A DNA stretch of 48,970 nt from Perkinsus chesapeaki ATCC PRA-425. Lineage: Eukaryota > Protista > Perkinsozoa. Positions 37,867-48,804 of the stretch are shown here, in pieces. Within the stretch, counting starts at the first letter, position 1. Each line of letters starts with the position of its first letter. The position numbers and the translations under genes are program-made. The stretch covers positions 1 to 48,970 of the forward strand of contig JAAPAO010000236.1 of NCBI GenBank assembly GCA_013115145.1, read 5' to 3'. The notes beneath the pieces were generated by a model. It saw only the letters and a program-made list of their open reading frames with translations, was not told the DNA's origin and did no database searches.

Positions 37867-38564
37867 ATGATCTCGAATCGTATTGCACCTCTGTGCCGCC
37901 GTGCCTTGGCAGCCGTTAACAGTAGCAGTAGCACAGTTGCTCGAGGGTTGGCTGGACGAGCGTTCTTTTCCTCTGAAGGGTAAGTGTGGATGTTAGTGGA
38001 TCAACTGTGATAAGGTTTGTAAGGGGATCAAAGCCGAGCGAGGTGGATATAGCAGCACGAACGGTAGAGGCCATTAAGGAATATTTGCAAATGCGTCGAG
38101 AGGAGGTATTAGTAGCGCACGCCCTGGTGATCGACTTGTTTCCGCTCGAAATGGACAGGTGGCTGTGGAGCACGAAGCGGAGAAGGGTGGTGCGGCGGCC
38201 AGGACAGTGGCGGAGGAAGCACTGAAAAGATTGGATGAAAATATCGTCACTTTCGGCACGAAAACTGCGGATGAATTGGTAAGTGTTTTGTAATTGTAGT
38301 TGTAGTGGATGGATGGTTGTTGACTTGTTGTTGCAGTTATCGTTGAGCTTTGAGTCACTTGGTTTTGATGGACTAGAGGAGGTCGAATGTCTGCTGCAGA
38401 TAGAGGAAGCATTTGATGTGAAGTTGCCGGATGAAGCGTTTAATAAGTTGAAGTGTGGTCAGGAGGTGAGGTGGTGGGATGGGGGATGGGGGAGAGGGAA
38501 GGAGTTTGTGTAGGCGATGGAGGCTGTGAAACAGCAGTTGAAAGAACAAGCAAAGGAAGAGTAA
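37867..38564 (+). CDS. Mitochondrial acyl-carrier-protein-like protein with the phosphopantetheine Ser replaced by Gly
   Basis: Arg/Ser-rich transit-like N-terminus MISNRIAPLCRRALAAVNSSSSTVARGLAGRAFFSSE, and ACP fold signature SFESLGFDGLEEVECLLQIEEAFDVKLPDEAFNKLKCGQE|AMEAVK. DGL (38367-38375) sits at the DSL position. Confidence 0.8.
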
Positions 38565-38696
38565 TGGAAAATTTTTGTTTCGGGAGATTTTAATGGGTGG
38601 TTGTTGAGTTATGGATGGTCTAGAGGGGGAGCGGCGGTTTGCTTAGTGAAGGGTCCAGGTTCTATTCTTGGTGGAGGTATTTTTGAGCTTTGTAGA

Positions 38697-40092
38697 ATGT
38701 CCTCCTCTTCGACTCATATCCGTCCAAGCAGTGCTGCCTCGCCGTCCCTTCGTCTTTCTGGTCTTGGGGAAGTCACGCAACTCACCACCATGTCCCAGGT
38801 AGATACTATTGAAAGGAAGGCATCTGTCCTCCTCCGAGGAGTATCGGACACCTAGCCTCATAGAAGAGCGTTCCTAATTCGAAAGAGGACATATCTGCCT
38901 CCTTCTTTCTGGGCTTTCGAGCATCCGATGCTACTCTACGATTCCATGCTTTTCTTGTCAGGTTCGAACTTCCCCTAAATGGTCCTTCACCGGTCGAACC
39001 AGTAGTCTGTCAGCCAGAGGGAATATGGTCCCTGGTCCTGGTGAGGGGAGTGTTGCTCTGCGTTGCTGCTGCCGCAGCTGCTGAGTTATCAGGCCAATAT
39101 CGTGTATCGAGATTGGGTGATATTGGTGGAGGGCCGTCCTTTAGATTTGGAACAGGCAGCCGAGATGGGGTAGTGGTGATGATAGTAATAGTAGGCATGT
39201 ATGGTTTAGGGTGATAGAGGTAGAAGCCGGTATGGCAGTCCAGGGCCGGGAGCATACAATCCTAGACCAGCTAGTAGTACTGCTACGATAGGCTTTGGCA
39301 GCGGAAGGTAGTGGGTGGGGGGCTACTGGCTTGGGAGTGGCAGAGATACTTGGCGGCAGCCTGTCGGTGTAGGACGAGTGCTGGACGATGGTAAAATGTA
39401 GAAGTGCCCTCCAATTTCTCTGGAAACATAATACTAAAGTGGTTGAGGGTCATCATCAGCTTCATTTTATTCAGACCAGACGGAGCGATGCGGAGGTCTT
39501 CAACACCTGGTCCTGGACATTACGCTCCAGGTGGTAGTATGGGTAAGTCGGGGAGGATGTACAGTATGGCATCGAGGCCTACTAGGGGTGGAGGTAAGGA
39601 CTACTACTGCTGCTGCGGGAGGGAAGACTCCTGCTGCCTTCAGTGCCTTCGGATGCTGCATGGATGCCTGGTCCTGGACAGTACAGGGTTACTGGACCCT
39701 CGCCGGTGTATGGCAGAGGGCCACAGTGGTCATTTGGTTCATCGTGTCGTGCTAAGGAGGGGTAGGTAGGGGTGGGGGGGTTGCTGGAGGGTTATTGTAT
39801 TATTTAGTCGGAAGGATGACTCTGGCCCTGGACCAGGGGCATATGCTGAACATGGTCGTATAGGAGAGAATGCACGAAAGTAGGGGCGTGAGTTCGATTC
39901 CTGGGCCGGACATCCTCAATTTAGATGCGGATTTGGTCGTCCCCGTCCACAGTCAGCTTCCCTGCATGGTCGGACAGCCTCTGAAGGTAGCATCAAGGAC
40001 TACTCTCTCCTCCTCCTTCTCCTTCTATGTCTTCCCTTTGCTCAGATTCCATCGGTCTTGGCGGTATAGTTTACAGTGGCTTTGGCTATTAG
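38697..40092 (+). CDS. STPG/SHIPPO (ODF3-like) PGPGxY-repeat protein, likely flagellar
   Basis: Repeated units GSPGPGAYNP, STPGPGHYAPGGSMGKSGRMYSM, PGPGQY...GPQWSFGS and SGPGPGAYAEHGRIGENARK|CGFG, plus TSPKWSFTGR. Confidence 0.85.
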
Positions 40093-40191
40093 TGCTTATC
40101 ATGCTGCTATCATCAGTTGTCCAATGCTCTCTAAGATTTGTGTTATTGATAGTAGTCATCATTACAACAATAACAGTGAAGTCTGGAGAGG

Positions 40192-43100
40192 ATGGATGAG
40201 CTACGTCTGACAGCCCAGGATGCATTAAAGGGCCTCACTACACTTGAAAGCGCGTGCATCGAGGCACCTGGTCAGGGCGGCCATTGGGTAGGTTAGTGAA
40301 ACCTTGTCATTTGAGGAGACACAACTATCAGTTGTGTCGAACACGGTTTACCCACAAAGAGCTGGAGAGTGCCTTATCGGTGTTTTTGCGCTTGTTGCTG
40401 GTGGAGATTGACACGTCGAGTGAGCTTGAGGTAATGTGGTGTTGGTGGGTGTTGGCAGGGGTTGTTGGTCAGAAGCCATTTCGGCGAGTGAAGGGCCTCG
40501 TCGATCGACACTTGGCTGTCAGTTTGTGCCCGGATTGTGTGGATGCATTTGTTACAGCCTCGCGTCAAATGACGAGGTAATAGAGAGGATGATTCGGGGG
40601 AAATGTGGTATGAATTCGTGCTGGTAAGGTTCCTGCAGGCCAACTTCGAGCAGGATACGGTTGAAGAGGCAATGAAGGCAGTCTATTATCCCTATCATGA
40701 CACCAGACTGCATGCGTCCTTTCGAGGGCCTCCAGTAGCGCGAGCGATAGGTCTGATGCAGTGGTGGGGTGGGCTGCCAACGACTGTTGGAACGGAGGAG
40801 TTTGAAGGGCAAAGCTCCCCCAGTGAGTTTTTGGATTGTCTGCATTTTGCCTCTTGGATGGTACACGACAAACTGATGGAAAAGGAGGAAAATGATGATT
40901 GGGTGGTCGAGACGGTCTGCGCGTCGCTCCGTCGGATACGAGTCACGAACTCGGAAGTTTGGATCGCTGCTGATAGCCCTTGGACGCGGTGGGCTGGCCC
41001 ACTTGAGGAACGCTTGGAGGTGTCGTCACGCGCCAGGAAAATAAGAGCAGCCCTTCTGGAGGCCTCCGCAGCGGCTTGTTGTTGTTGTTCTTCCTCGGAG
41101 GGTTGGTGGTTCCCTCGTGGCCTGTGGGACAGGATGGCCGGTCGCGGCGAACCATGTGTGATATCGATCGCTGGTGCAGTGGCGACTTCTGGCTTCAATA
41201 CTTCCTCTCTAGAGGAGGGTGTGGCTAAGGCAGTGGAAACGTTGAAGGATGAGGACTTACCTGTTCTAAAGGACACTTGTTTTTCCTTGGCCGCAGTACC
41301 GTCTCTAACATCGGTTGTCAACACTCGGCTTGGTGGGGCTCATGGAGAGAAGGAGGGGCTAAGGGAGGTAGTAGGTGAGGAGGGTTAATGGTTGAGTAGA
41401 GTGCTGGCTTCAGATGTTTGCTGGGGACTCTCGAGCAGTGGAGGGTTTATCGCTGTGGTGCCAACAACAGACTTTGGCGGTCGGTGTGGAAAATGTAATA
41501 AGCGGGGAAGATGCTGGGATGAGTGGTTGGATAGGTGACGGAGCATGCTTGGGAAGTGATGGCGAAGTGCGCACTACCAGCTGCACTGCAGTTCATGGCT
41601 TCCATACCAGTCTTGAAGGTAAGCAACGTCCAAGCTCAGTTGGTTAGGCTTCGTGTTTATTATTCTTAAGGTCGTGGGTTCTATATCTCCTATAGGTATT
41701 TCTTCGATCTGTTGGTTCACTCGCTGTTGAAGTATTAGAGCGTCGAGGCGGTGCCGCCAATTCATCCTCAACAGAGGTGCTCCCCGGCCCTCTACAGTTC
41801 GTCGTAGCGCTTGTCGATACAGTAAGCCATATCCCTCTCTCAATAGTACTTATTTGGTAGTTGACGAGCTGCCCGAAGGCCTCGTTGTCGTATAACCTCT
41901 TCGATGTCTCAACCCTCCACACTGCGCTGGCCGACTGGGTCTTTGAGAACGTTCCAGCGGATTGGTCGGGTCATAGAACGACTACCTCGAAGCCGGAGGT
42001 CAGATTAATATTTCGTGGCGCGTGACTATTTAAACTGCTTCAGACTGTATGTTACACGGCGATGACCGATGCTCTTGCCACGTTGGAAAAGAGGATGCAC
42101 GGTGATGAGTGGCGGCGGCTACCCTCCACCACCCCCGCCGGTGGCAAGAAACCTCCGGGAGCGGCGTCACCGAGTGATGAGGAAATAGCCTCGAATTCAT
42201 TACGTAGGAGATGCCTCGTCTTCTTCTTCTTGTTGTTTGTCCCTTTTATGGTGGTCTTTAGCATCGTTACCTTCTTCACCTGATGATTGGGATAACTACA
42301 CTCCTAGTCGACCAACTGTTGGGGTATTGTCGGTGTCAAGTAGTAGTGATGACAATGACGATAAAACGGAAGAGTTGCAAGAACAGCAAGAAGAGGATAA
42401 GGTGAGGAATTTGCCACACACTGGGATACGGTTCACGCCGAATCACAGCTCACTAGCAGGCCTATCTAAGTTGCAACTGCTGGTAGTTCTTCGGTATTTC
42501 ATTAAATCACCGCTGATTGATGGACGTTCGAATGGATCTTCATTTGGCGTATCAGGGCCAGTTGCATCTTTTAGCCCCGAGAAGTGCCGAAGGACATCAA
42601 ACGAGGGAGCCAAGCGTTAAAGGCAATCGCTGGAGCATTGGATCGCGGGACAACAGCAGCAGCAGCACCTCCGACGTACCGTGCCTTTGCCAACAAGCGC
42701 GCAGAAGTGGCCGGCGGCAAACCAGTTCAATCAAAAATAGATTCCTTCTTGAAACCGAGTGGCGGAGGAGGGACGGTCCCGGCATCCTCCTGGCACTCAA
42801 CTTCCCATAGTTCTCGAGTCGAGCGAGCGTTCGCGCATGTCTGGGACAAATTGGGGACAACTAAAAGTACAGCGATGAGTGACGGAGCGAAAAGGAAAGT
42901 CGCTCCCGGTCCCCCGCCGCCCCCACTGCCTTCCAAACCTCGACCGGTGGCTAGGCTTGCTGCAAGCCCGAAACGGGCGACGAGTGGTATTGCGATACCT
43001 ACGGGATCGGCGGCAATGGCCAAGGCTGATGCGCATGGGAAGCCTCCACCGATGTTCGAGAGCAAAACCAAGCCTAGGAAAATGAAAATGGAAAGGACTA

Positions 43101-46100
43101 AGATAAGACTGACACAAGGATCGGGGATGGCGCGCCATGAGAGGGACGCTAAAAAGGGAAATATTGAGTGAGATGATTCACGTCATCACATGAGGTTGGT
43201 TAAGTTGGTATCTTTAGGGTTGAACGAGAGCATGCTGTCGATGATCTACATAGGGTTTTACTGTGTCGTGATCCATTCTCCACCGACTCAAAGGAGTCTG
43301 ACATCTTGCCCTTGGAACCTCATCAAAGGAATAATGGCAACTGCGAGTCGTTCTCGTCAGCTGATGAGTAAGGGACCTGTCGGGATCGATCTTGGGGGTG
43401 AATTTGTCGGAGAACAGATATGTGAAGTGGTTCCGTCCAGCACTCCTATTCGAGGCAGCTGAAGGGCTTCGTCGATCCCTCTCGACTACCGAGGGAAGCA
43501 GTGTCTACTGGGGCATACCATCGCTCAAAATTAGTCGATCGAGCCGCAAAGGAAAGTGGGCAACGTAAGCCGCATCATCGGAAATTATTATTACTTGTGG
43601 TTTTCAGGCTCACAGTGAAGTCTCAGATTGATGAGAGTTCTGGTAGGGAGACGATTGCTGGGGCACGCCCGCAGCAGAAGTCGGGGAGGCGAGTCGAGGC
43701 CCTAAGCCAAGGAGATCTGGTAAGCAGCTAACCGTTTCGCATAGGAATTTGTTTGAGTCCCCTCACGTACGGTACGCGGCTTATTGACAAATGCGCGGCC
43801 TGGACGGGCAAATATATCGATGAGTAACGCGAATTTCATGCTAAGTTCTTTCCATTAAATTCTACATACTCGATTACCGACGAGATTTCCCCGCTCTAAC
43901 TGTTAGTGCGGGGGAAGCTCGACTCGGGTTAGAGTCTAACTCGACAAAAGGATTTCTACCCATTTTTCGCACTCTTGAGTGGCGAGACTAAGTGTAAAAG
44001 CTCAGGGCTTCCGTATCCGTCAGGCTTAGGACCTTACACCGTTGTTTTGGTTCCCTGTATCATTCAGGTGTTGCTCGTGCGCTCTGAAGTAGCCGACTCA
44101 CCTTCCTTAGTCTATGATCAACTACTCAATGGTGTACCACTAACCCATCTCAGCCCCACTGTCCGTCAAGGCACATCTATAGCCTTTGGTTTGGTCTTTA
44201 AGGATGATGCTGATAGACGCGGGAATGAGGATGAAGGCGGCGGGCGAGGTGGCAAGTTCAGAAGTGCACGAATTAAAATACCCTTCGAATCGGATGAGGT
44301 ATCTTAATCAACAGTTACCATCTCCAATTGATCCATTCAGGCCCCCTATGGTTTATCTCCTCAATCACCATGGGCAGTGGATTCCTTTTGTCAGGCTGTC
44401 GTCCTTGGCAGCGCCACTACACCGGAAAGAGAGTGTGAGGGCTTGGACTGGATCCTTACTAACAGCACTTTTTCACCTCTGCGAGATCTCCTCATTTCGC
44501 CATCTGTGCCAGTACTGAGGCCCTCTGTTGGTCAAGAAGTTGCGGTGGGTGACTTGAATGCAGCGCAGGCCAGAGCTGTCAGGAGTGCAGCAGATATCTC
44601 CTCGCCGATCACACTAGTGCAGGGCCCTCCAGGAACGGGCAAGACCAAGACCATTGTGGGCATGGTCAAGGCGTTGCTTGAGAAATCAATCAAGCTAGTG
44701 ATTTGCGCGCCATCAAATGCGGCAGTTGACGAATTGGCGTCGAGAATCCTTCATAGTTCGCTTCCTCCTGATAAAGATCCGCCTGGGACGTACAGTGTTG
44801 TAAGGGTCGGATCATATAGGCGAATTACTCGTGACGAGGTGAGGGCGGTTTCGGTGGAGGAGCTGGCGAAGGCTGGTGGGCGGGACAAAGCAGTGGAGTT
44901 GAAGGACTCTCATCGAGAGAAAAGGGCTGCAATTCTAATGGAGATAAGAAAGTTAGATGAAAATATAAGAGAGCTCTCTGGCGATAACGACGCAGAAGTC
45001 CGGGAAGATCGGGGTAGACTCATTGCGAGGAAGAAGGAATTGAAGGAGCAGTTGGATAAGCTGAAGGAGCGATCTTCGCGAGCTCTCTCTCGATCGCGGG
45101 ATGAAGCCTTGAAGCATCTGCTCGGCCAAGCAAAAGTGGTTCTCGGTACACTGAGTTCCTTTGGTAGCTCCGCCATTGTAAGCAATTTCATGGCGCGCGA
45201 AGCCACGTGTATAATCGACGAGGCATGTCAAGCTATCGAGCCTTCTGCCTTGATACCATTGAAGCTTCGAGGTGTTAAGCGGCTAATAATGGTCGGCGAT
45301 CCACAACAGTTACCAGCCACAGTGATGTCAGCGGAGGCGAAGGCGTTGCGATACGAACGATCGCTCTTTGAGAGGTTGGTGAGCGCTGGTTGGCAAGCTC
45401 ATCTGCTGGACGAGCAATACCGGATGTTACCGGAAATTGCCGACTTTGCATCGAAGGAGTTTTACGAAGGGCGGCTCAGGACAGCTCCGACGTGCCGGTT
45501 CCCTTCCTCCTTTGGTGTCCCACTGCGACCGCTTCTTTTCCTTGACGCTCGATTTGGTGGAGAGGAACGAGCTCGTGGTGGAACGTCATTAGTAAACATC
45601 CAAGAAGCTGGTATAGTTAATAAGCTAATTGATAGCATGAGAAGTAGGAAGAAGATGTCTATAGGAGTTGTGACACCATACAGGCAGCAGGCAATGCTTA
45701 TTAGGAATATGGTCTCTAATGGAGCAGATCTTGTTGATACTGTTGATGCTTATCAAGGCCAAGAAAAAGATATAATTATAATGTCGTGCGTGCGCAGCAG
45801 TCGCGATGGTGGCATAGGTTTTGTGGCGGATTATCGGAGGCTGAATGTCTCTTTGACTCGTGCTAAATACGCGTTGTGGATCGTTGGTAACGCAGAGAGC
45901 CTCGGGCGATCATCAAAGGTTTGGGCGGATCTCATACAACACTGCAAAGACGTCGGAGCCCTAGTGGATGCTCGAAGACTGGACAAAAGGACTCGCTATA
46001 CGGCGAGTGAAGAACGCCCTCTCGCGGAGATTCTCGAGCTGTGTAACACCACAAATACTGTCCAGTCCCCCCAACTGATGACTGACAATAAGAGAATGCG

Positions 46101-46107
46101 ATACTGA
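40192..46107 (+). CDS. SEN1: Sen1/senataxin-like SF1B RNA/DNA helicase (N-terminal domain + low-complexity linker + helicase core)
   Basis: The core exon (~44395-46107) has GPPGTGKTKT, CAPSNAAVDE, IIDEACQ, VGDPQQLPAT, QYRMLPEI, TVDAYQGQEKD and RRLNVSLTRAK. Upstream exons carry LCPDCVDAF, resembling the CxxC of the Sen1 N-terminal domain. Linkage of the N-terminal exons to the core is inferred. Confidence 0.85.
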
Positions 46108-46226
46108 TGACAACATTCTTATACGTTTCAATTAATTCGGAATCCTTCGTACTTTGGGTTGAATATACTACTTGTCAATTTACTCAATCACCGTCCTTAA
46201 AGGACGTGTTGATTGTTTCAAAATAG

Positions 46227-48800
46227 TGTTAGAATATTAGTCGATGTGGAATCAGTGCAAGCACAGATTTACGGATATCCTTGGGAATCCGGGATACCCT
46301 GCTACACCTCCATAAAGCCTGCTAGCTTACCCCTGGAGTCCAGGCCCTGGACCGCAGGTCGAAGTGACCTTCACGTCTGAGTTCCTCAGAGCCTCATGAC
46401 GAGGCTCTGGGGAACTCAGGTGAGGCTCTCATCACACACGAAGGCAATGCGACTATGGACCTTCTCCTCGGCAGGGCCCGGCTTGGTCAGAGTGATCTGC
46501 CTGAGATCGCTGGTGGTGAAGTCATCCTCGGCGGGATCATTGTAGTCCATAAGGAAGGCAGCCTCGTGCCTGAGACCCAGCACACCTCTGCGAGATGCTT
46601 CCAGCGTGAGGCTCCTACCCCACTAGCGCTGTCGGTATGAGCGGCAAGTCCACACCGAGCACACCGTCCATCCACCGGACCATTGCACCCTCCTTGGAGT
46701 TGATCACAATGCTTCCCGACGCTCCTACCGCCTACGCGTTCATGGTCTTGTTCTGGAAAAAGCATCCTCCCCGACGCGCCACTGCTATCCACGGAATGCC
46801 CTACGACCAACACTGCGTCGCCCTACAAGCCGGAGCTGTCCTACCCTTCGCTGGGCCAGCTTGGCAGCTGCAGCCATCTCGAAAGCGTCGCAACCACTGC
46901 GGGAGCCAACAGGCACCGCGGTGAGGTTAAAAAACCAAGGGGGGGATGAAAATTCCCTGATTCAAGGCAGCGGGGGGAATTCAAGCCTTGCCTAATCAAG
47001 GTCCTTGATGGGGTGTCTTCGGCCCGGAATCTCTAATAACAGGTCCAGCTGAATAGTGGGCAGCGCTTCTCCTGTGCCCTCGACGACGACCTCTCGCCAG
47101 TCGTGATCGTACTGTATGCTCTCTACGGAGTGCATCAGGTCGATGGACCATGCCTTATCCAGGGTTGCCCGCGCTTTCCGACGGAAATAATTCGGAGGAA
47201 ACAATAAAATCACTCGACATGAAAACAACTTAAAACATCGGAAGACATTGTCTTGACATCGGTTGATTGCATGATTGCCATTAAACCAAACTCCCTTCGT
47301 TAGAAGTCTTAGACTGAAACCCCTCTTCACACTTTGAGAATGAGTCCCCTGTAATTCGCCCGTGCTATGCATTTGTCGCTTCCCTTCGTTCCAAATCTGA
47401 TCTTACCTCTACCCTTAGTACTCTTCGGTGACCTCCGCCAACTTCCCGAACGAGAATACCGCTTGCAGCTTGTCCTGGTACCAAGCCCAGGATAGCTTCC
47501 GAGAACTGCTAATCGACTCTTCACACCGATTGCTTGCTGTTCTGAACACAATTCATGAGCTCTTCGTTAGTTTGAGCGTTCCCACTCTTGAAGGGTAACA
47601 ACTCGGCTACGAGCCAGCAGTTCTATCTCTGTATCATGCATCGCAGTAGCCGAACTAATGGGAGCACACGATAACTCTATACTTTATTAAATAAAGTTTA
47701 TTTGTGGACTGCCACTTGATAGCAACTCTCCGTAGCCTGTAGTGAACGTGAACCGGGTTATTGATGGAAAATCTCTCAGATCGGTGCCTATGGACCATCA
47801 CGCGTTTGAGCAACTGCTTAGAGTACTCGTTCAGCGTGGCTGCGCTCCAAGTAAGCTTCCGAATCAAAGGCCCGAAAGATTTCTTCCCGTCGTACAACGT
47901 GTTTCTGAGATGTTTTCCGAAAACAGTTTTCAGGTTCGACCAACTTCCTTTGCAGTCATAGAGCAAGAGCAGGAAAGAATAATAGAACTTCACCTCACCC
48001 AAGGGGCTACTTCAAGTGATACTCTTTGCTGTACTTGTTCAACGAGCCTCGTTGTCCGCTACTAGAAGCTTGGTTACTACAGTAGTGTGTAGGAGTTGCC
48101 TGTCCCTGTCCTTTTAGTGCAGTGGTTTCTCCAGAAAATCGCCGCACAGTGTGCGGCGCACACGTGAGAGAGGGAAAGGCCAGAAAATATTTTCCTGGTT
48201 AGGTGATAGAGGCCAACGATCCTGTGTCGATGAAGAAGCTATTGAGCCTCATCTCGGGTTAGGACTTTCGAAATATGCTTCAGCAAGATATTCTCCGGGA
48301 GAATGAGTGCCTGATGTGGGCGGCCGCTACGAGTCATTCTTTGGGAACTTTAACCTCAGTTGTACAGCTCTGGTTGGAGACGCCCTCCAAGGGACCTTGC
48401 TTGTCAGCTGTCGCTACTTCAAAATGCATACCTGAAGTTCGAGGCTCCTTTTCTAGCAAGGGCTCTCACTGAGGATTTCTCACTCACTAGAACTCTTTCG
48501 TTAGCAAATAGCACACTAGGGCTGCATCAGGTTGATGACCTCATCTCCTGCATGAACAAAGACAGTCGCCGATCAAAGAGGCTATTTAAACTTTGGATTC
48601 CAAAGGAGACCGCAGCGGTCTCCAGCGGCTGGAAACAGTGCGCTTGTCTGCGAGTTCTCGTGAGGATGATATGCAGATAAACATCCGCAGTGGATGTTTT
48701 TCCTTGTCGAGTTTGGGAATGCGTCGAAATTGAAGTTCCTATATGCGGAATTGTTTTCACTAAAGTTGCGTTCGAAATTGTATTTCCTAGACAAGTGTAG
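46227..48800. other. Unassigned region, possibly a decayed mobile-element or pseudogene remnant
   Basis: Short stop-interrupted ORFs on both strands, a 19-bp hairpin (46377-46419) and a purine-rich A7-CCAA-G6 tract (46929-46946). No RT, integrase or transposase motif was recognised. Confidence 0.25.
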
Positions 48801-48804
48801 CGAA

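Noticed and set aside
38958-38975. GGTTCGAACTTCC B-box-like match
   Set aside because: It spans an acceptor into coding sequence (VRTSPKWSF) of the STPG gene and is an imperfect match.
45186-45197. TTTCATGGCGCG, a variant of the CpG motif
   Set aside because: It lies within the Sen1 coding frame (NFMARE), with normal spacing to IIDEA, so it is likely coincidental.
42597-45231. Several 87-114 aa minus-strand ORFs overlapping SEN1
   Set aside because: These are antisense shadows of GC-rich coding sequence with no independent motifs.
47415-47447. LVLFGDLRQLP, resembling PIF1/Helitron helicase motif III
   Set aside because: The frame is short and closes soon after, and no Walker A/B or Rep motifs were found in register.
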